Assembly: GCF_964355755.1 (NCBI RefSeq) | Contig: NC_092674.1 | Location: forward strand, 26,908,001-26,972,000 | Source of the DNA: Antedon mediterranea | Taxonomy: Eukaryota > Animalia > Echinodermata | Direction: 5' to 3' | Length of the DNA: 64,000 nucleotides | Notes under the pieces: model-generated | The model's input: only the letters and a program-made list of their open reading frames with translations | Database searches by the model: none | What the model was told of the DNA's origin: nothing | Made by a program: the position numbers and the translations under genes | In this document: positions 52,038 to 63,871 of the stretch, piece after piece | Layout: every line of letters starts with the position of its first letter | How positions within the stretch are numbered: the first letter of the stretch is position 1

Positions 52038-53618
52038 CTTGCAAACGGCGGATACAGGAGAGGTTAAACACCATTAAGGAGGAGCAAAAACGAGCAACCA
52101 CAGTTCCTCAAACATCTTCAGCAGAGGCTCAAACCAGTCCACAAGAGCAAATCGAAACACTCTTTCCTGCCTCGGGCTCTCCCTACTCATCTCCTATCCA
52201 TTTAACACGGTCTGATGTTGGGGGTCAGACTGTTCTCCGTCCAAGTCCTGAGATAATTTTAATTAATAATACTAACCAACCTTCGACCCCAAAAAGTCAG
52301 AAAGTGTTGCAAACATTTGCACCACTCAACGACCCGAATGAATTTGATGCAAGTGGCAAAAGAAATGAACATTTGGCACTTGTCGGTTGTGCCATTGTAA
52401 AGAGTCCCGATAAAATATGTAACGCTGTGATAATTCGCGGTTCACCAGAGCTACCAAATGATATTTGGAAGTTACAGAATGGGGAACAGCACAGCGACGA
52501 TGAAACCCTGTGGGTGCCTCAGAACCCGCATATATCTGAAGCAGACACGCTTCCACGTGGTACGACCCTTCAGCAACAATCATCAGAACAGAACCGAGAA
52601 GCGCATGAATTATCAAATCATTCAGATTATTCTGTTAGTACTTTACCAGCGGGATTTAAAAGTAGCTCAAACAGGGAGACAACATTCTCAAGCCCTTCAA
52701 TGAAACCTAAGGCGCTTGACTTGGAAGATGGGCAGGTAGAATGTCTATCTTCCTGCAGCGGCAGTCCTATATGGAAACCTCAACCACCATTAGCATTCTC
52801 AGATCATGCCAGTACTCTACCGCACGGTGTTACGATCCCCCAGGGTATTAATACAGATAGTCCAAGCAAACAAAATTGTCAATCTGGTATTCTTCCGATT
52901 CTAAAGAAAAACAAACGAAGCAAAAGCTGCCCAGATATAATTGGCAACACCCTGAAAGAGAGCGGCTCTAAGACCGTGCGGTTTAACATGCAGCCTGAAG
53001 TGACTCAATTTTTAGTAGAAGATTCATTTTCTGGTGAGAATCTTTCCCCCGACCAAGAAAGTTTTTATTCCGAAATTTCTCATGATGAACATGCAACAAA
53101 TAGTCAAACGCAAACCGCGTTTGATGCCGATGGACTGACCACGGAACAAAGGACCAATGGTCATGTTGAGACTATGTTTGATTCTCAGGCCCCCACTTCC
53201 ACCGCGGACCAAGGTATGGAAACTGAATTTGATGCTGAAGGGTTAACCACGCGATGCCACTCGCATGGTCACGTAGAGACCGAATTCGGCACCCTTGAGC
53301 GAAACAATACAGCTCGTAACAATAATAATGATAGTACCGGAGGGGGTTTATACCTGCTCCATAATGGACCACCCGATTACCAAAACCCACCTACTTACCG
53401 TAGCAATTCACCTCATATTGGACCCGATACACCCTTGTTGTCTGATTTGGAGTCCTCTGCTGGGGTGATCGATGCTGTTTGCCAGACAGACAGTGACGAT
53501 GATGATGATGAGATGACGCCGGTGTTACCACCAGAGAGGCAACCTGAGGTACAGGACCAACTCAAAGTTTCTTCCACCCCAAACTTTGTAGACTCTTTGA
53601 ATATACAGTGTTCTTCTG
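52038..53618 (+). CDS. Candidate large alternative (cassette or terminal) FAT cytoplasmic exon, 527 codons
   Basis: 1.6-kb open frame with exon-like GC content; acacaag|CT acceptor and G|gttagc donor, both phase 1 and matching the flanking exons. Confidence 0.72.
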
Positions 53619-54214
53619 GTTAGCAATTAGTTTTTACATGGCATGAAATTATTCTTTTTTTTCCTGTTTTTATTTCTGTTTGCTTGTTTTCTGCATATGG
53701 TTTTAAGTTTATCGGTTATTTTAATTTTTCGTTTGTCTTGTTTGCAGGTTGCAAGTTTTAGATGCAGATTATCATTTCATTATTTTTAATTTTGTTTTTT
53801 ATTGCACATTTCAATCCACAGTGTGAAAATGATTGAATAATTTCAGTGCAAACAAACATAAGAAATACATATAAAACAAATTCATTATTCAGCAATTAAT
53901 AGGTGATAATTTTTAATGTTCAATTTCAAAATATTTTATGATTTATAATAAAGGTTTGCACTGAAGTTTTTCATTTAAACTATATGCTTGCACAGTAAAC
54001 ACATTCTGATTACTCTTATATTTGGTGAAAATAGGGGCCAGGAATTTTCATAAATTGGGAAAATACTTATTGCAACTCCAGAGTATACCAATTTCAGTAA
54101 TAAGTGTATCTCCAATCTCCTGTACAATCAGAAACAATGATACATAAACACGATTTTTAACTAAATTATATTGCTACTGTAGCCCTTTGTGTTTCTCTTG
54201 AAAGGAGAAAAATA

Positions 54215-54317
54215 CAGTCAACCCCTATTAAGGGGATACCCCTTTTAAGGGTAACCCCCTATTGAGGTGGAAACTTTATTGGGTCCCAATAGTTCCCAAT
54301 TAAAAGGGATTCTACTG
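54215..54317. mobile_element. MITE family B copy
   Basis: TA|CAGTCAACCCCT...GGGATTCTACTG|TA. Confidence 0.65.
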
Positions 54318-55144
54318 TATTTATCAAACATTAAATACAAGAGTATCAGAGAATAATAACACAATATGCTAGTATTATTTTTTTAAGCTGGGAAAAAACA
54401 CTTTATATTTTTTGTTTGCATGTGTATTTTTATAAGATTAATGATTTGCATTTGTGAATATTGTTTAAATGATTATTGTATTTGATTAGAATACTGTATA
54501 ATCGTTATAAATTGGCCTCAAATGCAGCTTGTAAATATTAATTTTATGGTATAATATTTGGGACATTTTGATGTATTTATACTTAATCATTTTCTTATAT
54601 ATAGTCCCTTTATATTTGCCTCTATAATTTAATTCCTACAAAAGGTTTGTGTTGACCATTTTAAAGTTATTCATTTGGGATTTCTCCCAGTAAAATTCTT
54701 AAATTATTTGTTTTTCCCTCAAACCCACTTTATTTGAAACGACTCCTGTAAATAGTTTATTATTATGTCTGTAATATTAACTTCATTATTCATTTCATAT
54801 CTGTGGTAATTACAACCATTTTAGTGTAATAATTTGTGGAATAATGTCTTGCCCTCTAGTTGATTCAGTATTCATTATTTTAACATGTGTTATTTATACT
54901 GTAGACATCATGTTTCTCTGTATGTATCTTTTTGCAAGGTTTACAACAATTTGTATACTGTACCAACAAAATTGTTACCTAGATAAATTTCCTAGTCAGG
55001 ATCATCATTATTATAATCATTATTAGTAGAATCATTCACCTTAAAGTGGAATGAAATAAAAGACCACATTCTCCACCCCCCCCCCCCCTCAAAAAAATTA
55101 GGGACCCTAAATACAACACTTTGATTTAATGTCTGAGGACAGTA

Positions 55145-55244
55145 ATTTGGATCACATGATCAATTGGATCACATGATCAATTGGATCACATGTCAATTGG
55201 ATCACATGATCAATTGGATCACATGAATAATATTATATCACATG
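55145..55244. repeat. 17-bp near-palindromic minisatellite
   Basis: TTGGATCACATGATCAA repeated about 5 times. Confidence 0.9.
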
Positions 55245-55292
55245 ATATATTACTTTGATTACTTATGTTCACTATTGCTTTAATCTCTACAG

Positions 55293-55325
55293 TCATCCGA
55301 GGTTCTCAAGTTATAAAAATCAAAG
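55293..55325 (+). CDS. Candidate 33-nt FAT microexon
   Basis: taatctctacag|...AAG|gtagag; phase 1-1; stop-free VIRGSQVIKIK. Confidence 0.4.
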
Positions 55326-56013
55326 GTAGAGAAAACGCCCGTTAGAACTTCCAGCATGCCAAGTAATAAGAACCAACAAAATACCAACTAATTACTCACA
55401 AATTAGAATATAATCAATAAATTCTTGTAACCTTTCTACAATTATTATTATTAGTATAATCAATTAGATAGATGATACAGATCTAACCAATTTTCTTCAC
55501 CTTTTCTGTGTATAATACATATACCCTTGTATAGATTTAATTCATTGTTTTTCTTCCTTATATGGTAATATCTGTTTATTTATGTATTGATGTTAACAAT
55601 ATATATATACTATCGCTTATTTGTAATTCATGTTAAAGTAATTGTTTCCCATTTGGATGACCATGTTTTCAACCTGCATGATTTGTCAATCCGTTGATTT
55701 TAGATTTTAGTCTGTTAGATTTAAAAGTTAATCCGTTAACACTAGTTTCAATCTGATAAATATCAATTGTTAGTCCGTAAATCTTAATCTTTTAAATTAA
55801 ATTTAAATCAATCAGTTATCAGTTTTAATTCATATTTATTTAATTTCTTTTTATTTTAATCTGCTAATCAATATATATCAATAAAAATAATCAATGTAAA
55901 CTATTATAACCCTTATTTTCCCACCTATATTCTCTTAAATGTTTAGCTTAGATTGTTTTAATATTTAAAACCATTAATGACTAAAATAAAGTTTAAAATT
56001 GTAACAGAAATAT

Positions 56014-56150
56014 AGGGGAGGCCATGGCCAATGATGGTTGGTATGGCTAGTGAGGGTCAGGCATAGCCAGGGAGGGTCGGACATAGCCAGGCATGGCCAG
56101 AGAGAGGTTGGGTATACCTAATGACCGTTGTCATGGCCATTGAGTGGGTC
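56014..56150. repeat. Degenerate G-rich ~20-bp repeat
   Basis: Recurring GAGGGTC..CAT(A/G)GCCA units inside an AT-rich intron. Confidence 0.5.
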
Positions 56151-57022
56151 AAGTTAGAAAGATTCTATGTGGTACCTGCTAGTGCTTTAATGTGCTATTA
56201 AATTAATTTTTTATTCTGGAGTACTGTTACATTAACTCGCTTAAATTTTTAACAAATAACATGCTTTTTTGCATAGGTATGTTTTAATTTTTTGCTGCTT
56301 TACAGTGCCAGAAATGCCCAATCCAAAATTTAAAAATGTTTTTTTTAAATTTTTACATTGCAATTATTTTTGCTGCTTTAACAAAACATAGGCCATAATA
56401 ATTTTAAATTAATAATTGTTTGTTTTTGGTTGGGAGCTATGATCAAAATTTTAGCAGGCTTTTCGATTAGTTTTTAGTATTTGTAGTATAAAGAATGAGT
56501 TGTATTGTCTAATTATCTCTCCCATGTCCCAGTTTTATATTGTTGTTTATAGTTAGCCCTCCCCCACCACAACAAGTATGTCATAACTCCCCTTACCCTG
56601 TTTTTTACATACACTATATAGTCCAGTCTATTTGTATGAAGCATGCATTTACATAGCCTATATGATTGAAGCATGTATTCATATATCCTGTTATATACAT
56701 ATAACTATATACTTATTAATTAAATGGTGTGTGGGAATTGTTAAGTACATGTTTTTATTGAGACAGTGAGTGTATATACCAAGATAAAAATACTCAATTG
56801 AAAATTTGCTGTTATTTGTTATACACAAGATATTTAAAAATAAAGAAGAAAATATAAAAACAAAATTCCAATATTATTTTTTATTATGATTTTATAAAAT
56901 ATTTTTTTCACAAATTTTGAACCCATTTCATAGATTGGTTTGTTTGAGGAGAGTGTATGCTGGATGAAAATTGATAAAATTGTATTCAATTTAATAATAT
57001 TGCAATTTTTTTCTGAAAATAG

Positions 57023-57642
57023 GGTACCATTGGGACTGCTCAGACTGGATGCCTCCGACTTTGACCAAAATACATGAAGACGTGACCCAAAAAGAAGTAC
57101 CAGACTCACCGACCAATTTATCAGTTAACACAACCATGTCCCAGATGAATGAATACGAAGATGACGACGTGGATGATGAATATGTGGGAGAGGATACCGA
57201 TTATCCCGGAGATGATGACATGCCATACCCGCACACGGAAGAGTTCCAACAACAACTTCAAAACTACCCTCCAAGTATCTCTCCAGATGGTTCTCAGCGG
57301 ATTGATAGCATGTCAGATCTGCCACGGCAGTATTACCAGCATCCAAATTCATATCTCCCCGGTCACCATATGTCAGTGACATCATTACCACCCTCTGAAT
57401 ATAATGGAATAGACCAATCACCAAAGAAACGTGTTATGGGTGTAGGCAGTAGAGGAGGTGATTATGAGAGAATGTCGTCAAATTTAGATAATGCTTCGAT
57501 GTCTGCATATACGTCAAATGCTTCGTGTTCAGATGTATCTGGGATGTACGAACCTGAGAGCGAGATTGGACTGAGTGACTGCGAAAGTGCAACAGATGAC
57601 CGATTTTCAACGCATCTATCAAATCTCACAACAGATGTGTAA
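57023..57642 (+). CDS. FAT1: FAT terminal coding exon
   Basis: tag|GG TAC gives GYHWDCSDWMP; SMSAYTSNASCSDVS; C-terminal class I PDZ-type motif TTDV; these are FAT1/FAT3-type hallmarks. Confidence 0.94.
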
Positions 57643-58662
57643 TGGCATGTTGGTGATTCTATTTTCCTCTGAAATAGATGTGTGCGAGATCAGTGCGATA
57701 TGTTTTAATGCGTGTGTATGTAAGTGTGTGTAAAATAATTTCGGATCAAATTGTATCCATGTTTTTATCAAGTGTAATTTAAAGTATTTGATGATGTTAC
57801 AATTTTTGCAATAGGGAGGTCAAGTTTTAAAGGTCAAGCATTAAATATTATAATGCTTGAAATAGTATGCAGCATGAATATTCATTGGCTTTATGAATAT
57901 TTTGTATTAAATTATGAATATTTATACGATTAGGCTATAACCAAGTATATCACCTGTATTTTAGCCAATGTTAATAACAAGCTTGGGTTTATATATCTGT
58001 AAAAATAATAAAACAAAGACAAATATATTGTACTTATAAATTATGTGGAGTAGACCTATGATTTTGCTACAGTATAGTATATTTTCCATGTAATTCAGAC
58101 TGTATATATATAAAAACACTGTTTGTACTTATTAAAGTGTTAGCTGACTCCGTTGTGACATTAAACCATTATGCAAAGATAAGAAGCTGTACGACCATTA
58201 CCACACAGTACACCTAGATGAATATATTATGTCCTACGAATAATGAATAAATTAATTTTTATGGTAATAACAATTTTAATTTTTTTTGTTGAGAAAATGT
58301 TTTGATCATTTAATCTGGACAATCCTAGTTATTTTCATGTTTCATGTATTTTAACAGCCATTATTAGGAATTTTTTAGGGACAATTTTGCGTTCGCTGCC
58401 TTGTACTGTACAACTACTTGTTTTTGTTATACGGTGCTGAGTTTCACCAGTCAAAAAAAGTTATTCCAACATGCTATATAAAATACAGCGATTTCTCTTT
58501 AGAGAGCGTCCTCTATAGACAATGCAACTTAGTAGTAGCCTAAAGACGTTAATAATAGTACTGTAATACTTATGTTTTTGAAATTTTATATTTTTTGTAA
58601 AAAAAACCTTGTTTTAACGCTACTACAGCACGTGGTATGAAAAACCAAATTAACAAATTACA

Positions 58663-58797
58663 CAGTCAACTCTCAGAACATAAGACACCATTGGGCTGGC
58701 ATAAAGTGGAAAGGCTAGTTTCCAGAATGTAATTTAAGATTAACAAAGAATTTGTGACATAAAAACGTTTAAAGTTTCTTTGTTTGAGAGTTGACTA
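58663..58797. mobile_element. Tc1/mariner-like MITE (family C)
   Basis: CAGTCAACTCTCAGAACA...TGTTTGAGAGTTGACTA inverted ends; related ends at ~8586 and ~10674. Confidence 0.55.
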
Positions 58798-60552
58798 TTA
58801 TAATTAAGTGTTTTTATAATTTGTTTAAGCGTCTTTTTAATTTGAGTAACAATTTGGTTGTTCTAAATTAAGAATTTTACTTTTAGTTATTTTTGTGTGT
58901 GCTCGTATTACTTGTGTATATAGCTTTGCAACAACCCTTGGGATATATTATTATTAATGTTGCTTTGATCTAACGATTCATTGATATTAAGTGATGTTGT
59001 TTTTGTTAAATTATTGCTGATAGCCATGGCTATAACTATGAAAACTCCAGGGCCAGTGTTCTATCAGAGGTTTCTGTACTGAAAACAAATAAAAAAAAAA
59101 ACTATTAAAATATTGTTGCTGGCTTGATTGTAAAACCGAGCTAAAATCTTTGTATTCACTGTATTCAGTTTTGCATCATCATCATCATCATCATGTGCCG
59201 TATTCGATACGAACAAGATGGCCGCCATGGCTCTCTGTCGTAGTACGATTTTGAATACAATTCACTGCTCTAAAAGACACTCTTCATCAATAGAGTAATT
59301 GAACATTGAATTGAATTTTTTTCTATCATTTGATTCAATTCATTTAATTTTTTTAAAACAAGTAATGACAGAAATTATGTATAACTGCTGAAATTTGGCC
59401 ACTATGCTGCACTGTGGATCACTTTGTTATTGTTATGACAGTTTTATTATAAACTGCAAAACATATTTTAACCAAACTTCCTATTTTCATATTTTTTTAA
59501 AGCAAAATATATTAAATTCAGCAATCAACTGTTATTAATATTTCGAGTATGAATAAATTGTGACCATTTACCAATCCTATTTAAGTATACTATATTTTTT
59601 AAATTATTAAGTTTAATATTTTACAATCATATTTGTTATTGATCCCACCAGATTGGGCTGTAATATTATCATGATTTGTTTTTTTCATTCTGTAAAAACA
59701 GTAATATGTACTAGCCTTCTGTATTAATTAATGAATGTTAATTGATTCTAATTAGTATGTTTTTAAATACAATTTTAGCTTTTGTATCTTGTTTATAGAG
59801 TTGAATGCAATATTTGACAATAGTTTTTAGGTCTAAATATAAAGTCACAATGTTATTCTAAAGAAATGTAGTCTGAAACCCACCAAACGCAAAAATGAAC
59901 AATGAAATCGGAGAGGGCGCTGAGTAAAAACGTGATAACGTATAGAACGCCGAATTTCAACTGTGAGGCTTGCCAAAAAAACAGTTATTTCTATACCCGT
60001 CTTCCTTCTTACTACAAGCATATATGTTATCAATGAATAGGTGGTCTTAATTTTAGCAAATATCGGAGGATTTAATACTTCCAGTTATTTTTTAATTGTA
60101 TTAAATTTGATAAACAAGTGAACGATCGTGAGTTGTGTAAGAATTCCGTGCTCGTGATTTCAATAAATACCAATGAACAAATTAAAAACGTTTCCTTATA
60201 TTTGTGGCTACTATTTACTGCGCTTGCTCACAAACACTGTAGGCCTACCATCGGCATATTATATTAAAGAAACAATACACCACTACTACAGCAAACACAG
60301 CACAACGATATAATTGTACACACTATCTAAGAAAATGTGTCGATATCGCTGGAATCCTATTTTATAGACGTTTGATTTTAAAATAATTATTGGCAACCAA
60401 AAAAAATGCTTGCAGTCTTAATGTGTATGCTTTCCTTTATTTCGATTATTATTTTGCCTATACAGTTAGTATAACCACAGAATAAATTAAACATCAAATG
60501 TGCTAGATTTACGTTATTATATAGCTACAACAGCATAAGAGATTTAAAGAGA

Positions 60553-61254
60553 TTAAACATCGAAAAGGAGAAAACCTGTAAAGGTCATGGGGCGAGCAGT
60601 AGTACCGTAAACATAACTAGATTCTCCATTGGTTAGCCACACCTGGTCACCAGTTTTTAGTTGAAGGGTTGCTCCACTGCTCTGTGTAGAAAAACCTTTA
60701 GGATAACTTCGAGTCACTATTGAAAGTACCCGCCCATTTAACACCAAGCTAACATCGGCTCGAATTCCTTGAGCATCATGATGACCAAAGCTCAACATAA
60801 AATAATACACGCCGGGAAATTGACATGTAAACTTTCCGTTATGTTTGTTAAAGTTGTCTCCGTAATTCAGCTCCATTGATGTGAAAGTAATAATCGTTTC
60901 TGCAGGTATCACGTGAGTTGTGCGTATCGCAGTGAATGCAGATTTATTAACTTGTGCTTGCATCCCGGGATCTCCTTTTAATCCTGTATCCGCCTTAGGA
61001 CCCACCGGTCCTGCTTTCCCTGGTAATCCTATGGGTCCGTCATCACCTTTCATTCCAGGGGCTCCTTTCTGGCCTTGATTTCCTTGATTCCCATTCATTC
61101 CATGTGTTCCCGGGATCCCTGGCATTCCAGGTGTACCATGACAGCAAGCGTTGCAAGTGTTAGCACTGCCATTGTCGTCAACTGCATTGGTCACGCCAAT
61201 TGCAATACATAGACCCAATATGCCTACACACCAGGTAAATGGTCGACTCATCAT
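60553..61254 (-). CDS. Secreted collagen-C1q domain protein (C1QTNF/CTRP-like), paralog 1
   Basis: Signal peptide, CxxCC, 20 Gly-X-Y triplets (one G>A), gC1q motifs SAFTA, FTCQFPGVYYF, LKTGDQVWL and TFTGFLLF. Confidence 0.95.
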   Translation of the reverse strand: MMSRPFTWCVGILGLCIAIGVTNAVDDNGSANTCNACCHGTPGMPGIPGTHGMNGNQGNQGQKGAPGMKGDDGPIGLPGKAGPVGPKADTGLKGDPGMQAQVNKSAFTAIRTTHVIPAETIITFTSMELNYGDNFNKHNGKFTCQFPGVYYFMLSFGHHDAQGIRADVSLVLNGRVLSIVTRSYPKGFSTQSSGATLQLKTGDQVWLTNGESSYVYGTTARPMTFTGFLLFDV

Positions 61255-62110
61255 TATCTAAATATAGATAAAAGAAATAATAATAATTTAGGTTGGTTTG
61301 CATGATCTAACTTTTACTTCCAACGTTATTTCAACATTGCCTAGCAAAAATCCCGAGTTTACACACACCAGATTGAGCGCCCTAAGCGATGTGAAATTAG
61401 TATTAGACAGATATTTACTTGAGTTTTAAATAACAGAAAAGTTCTGTCCCCGCAGAAAATTTATGACAGAATGTTTTACATGAAAGCCATACCAAAAACC
61501 AAAGTAAACTTAGTAGAAAATACATTGCCATTGATTAGTAAAAAGACAATTTAGTCTAGAGAAAAGTAAACTAAAATTTAAACAAACATCTAACCTTTAA
61601 AATATGTTGCAACTATATTCATAAAAGTGTAGAATCCAACCAAAACTGCATGACTTCTGCGACTTATGTTATAATGCTGAAGATTATCACGTGGTCGAAA
61701 ATAAAATCTTCTGTTTGGTTGATAAATTTAGAACTTGTTGCTTCAATCAACCATTAATTGGTATCTATTTTATAAGCAAACTTAAACAAAACATCTGGCC
61801 TGTATAAGTCACGTTACTTACTTAAAAACCTTTCAACAAATATATTGTACTAATTTGTACATCTGTAAGTTTCACATCAGTGCTTACTTTCATGTATATG
61901 AATATGTGGATATATTGTACGAACAACTTTGACATAACAAACTTCGACATAATAATGCCAGTATTACGTCAGAAGTTACTGTATTGAAAACAAAAATGAT
62001 TAAAAATATTGTTCCTGGCCCTGGTTCTAGTAGCTAGCTAAACTCAGTTTATTTTGCGTTATACGAAAGTTGGCTTTCCATAGCTTTCTGTCATGCTTTC
62101 TGTCCAGTAC

Positions 62111-62217
62111 TTTTTAGTCGGTACTAGTCAGTACTACAGCTCATTATGTCGGTCGGTTGGTCGGTCGGTCTCAAATTTGAGTACGCGACTGCAGCCGCCA
62201 TGTATATGGCCTTGTTT
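62111..62217 (+). mobile_element. Possible Helentron/DINE-like non-autonomous fragment
   Basis: TTTTTAGTCG start, (GGTC)n microsatellite, CGCGACT inverted copy and TATGGCCTTGTTT end; recognised by layout only. Confidence 0.4.
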
Positions 62218-63151
62218 GCATACCATACACTTCTCTCTAAAACAAGGACTTTTTCCAAAAAGAGGTATAATTTGAACAGGCTTCTTTATTATTGATTCAA
62301 TTATGGACGATAGAAACAGAAGGACTAAAGTGGTGTTACAAAATAAACAAAGGCTTCTTTGTAGCGCATACGCCGTTACATACATAGGCATACATGGTAA
62401 ATTACATTATTTGATAGTCTACAGATTAACTTTAGTTTCAGGTTTTTTACGGAACAATATTATAATTCAAATATAAAAATTGCATATTTTGATAATTTTT
62501 CGGAGACTCCGATCGTAAGAAAATGAACTTTTCGTAGTCCGATTTTAATGAAATTAAATACAATTGTTCACCAACATATTCTTGTTGTCAATTAATCCTC
62601 GACGCATGCATGTCAATAGAACAATCAGACTGCGCATACGATTTATAAATGGGTATGTTTTGTTGTAAGTCTTTATTTACAATAGGTATTTACTTTCTAT
62701 AGAGGGCCGCGGCAGCATGGCAGCACAGAGTGCTCGTCCGATTGGCAGCAGCTTTAGCATACCAAAGAACCCCATTTCGAAAAGATTGGTCTGCAAAATT
62801 TAATCTCCAAAAAAGCCCATCTTGAAATCAAGCCCACAGTGGGCTTCTTTTTAAGATAAAATATTTGAATAATCGCAATGTGAAGGAGTCACTGATTAAT
62901 TTGAACATCATATAGGCATTGCTGCTAATTTACACTTCTATGATGCTATGGAGCACATATACATATAGCTCAATGCCTTAACCTTTGAAAAAAGAAATTC
63001 TAGTCTCAATGTGTATGCTTTCTTTTATTTCAATTGCTACAGTATTAGACCTATACAGGTAGTATTGAATAAAGTGAATATCAAATGGGCTTACATTATG
63101 TTTTACGTTTTTATTATAGCCTTAACAGCTTAAGAGTAGGCATTAATGCTA

Positions 63152-63871
63152 TTAAACATCGAAAAGGAGAAAACCTGTAAAGGTCACAGGGCGACCAGTA
63201 GTACCGTAAACATAACTAGATCCTCCAGCATTTAGCCACACCTGGTCACCAGTTTTTAGTTGAAGGGTTGCTCCATACGTCTGTTGAGCATGACCTTTAG
63301 AATAACTTCGAGTCACTTGCGCAATGACCCTCCCATTAAACATCAAACTGACATCTGCTCGAATTCCTTGAGAATCATTTTGAGCATAGCTAAATATAAA
63401 ATAATACACGCCAGGATATTGACATGTAAACATTCCGCTATTTTTGTTAAAACTATTGCCGTAATTAAGTTCCATTGTAGTGAAAGTGATAAATGTCTCT
63501 GGAGGGATTATTGGAGTTGTGCGTAGTGCAGTGAATGCAGACTTTCTAACAACTGCTTGCACCCCGGGATTTCCTTTATCGCCTTTTAATCCGGTATCCC
63601 CCTTAGGACCGACGGGTCCTGCTATTCCTGTTAATCCTATAGGTCCGTCATCACCTTTCATTCCAGGGTCTCCTTTCTGGCCTTGATTTCCTTGATGCCC
63701 AGCTATGCCATGTGTTCCAGGGATCCCTGGCATTCCAGGTGTACCTTGACAGCAAACGTTGCAAGTGTTATTAGCAGCAGCATTGCCTTGTTCATCATAT
63801 GCATTGGTTACACCAATTACAATACATAGACCCAATATGCCTACACACCAGGTAAATGGCCGACTCATCAT
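63152..63871 (-). CDS. Secreted collagen-C1q domain protein, paralog 2
   Basis: Same architecture with 21 Gly-X-Y triplets; highly similar to paralog 1, including 3'UTR patches. Confidence 0.95.
   Translation of the reverse strand: MMSRPFTWCVGILGLCIVIGVTNAYDEQGNAAANNTCNVCCQGTPGMPGIPGTHGIAGHQGNQGQKGDPGMKGDDGPIGLTGIAGPVGPKGDTGLKGDKGNPGVQAVVRKSAFTALRTTPIIPPETFITFTTMELNYGNSFNKNSGMFTCQYPGVYYFIFSYAQNDSQGIRADVSLMFNGRVIAQVTRSYSKGHAQQTYGATLQLKTGDQVWLNAGGSSYVYGTTGRPVTFTGFLLFDV

Noticed and set aside
55145-55244. CRISPR-like appearance of short palindromic repeats
   Set aside because: Units are head-to-tail with no unique spacers, there are no cas genes, and the context is a eukaryotic intron.
34177-57622. 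Many antisense and alternate-frame ORFs overlapping FAT exons
   Set aside because: Shadows of GC-richer coding sequence with no independent motifs.
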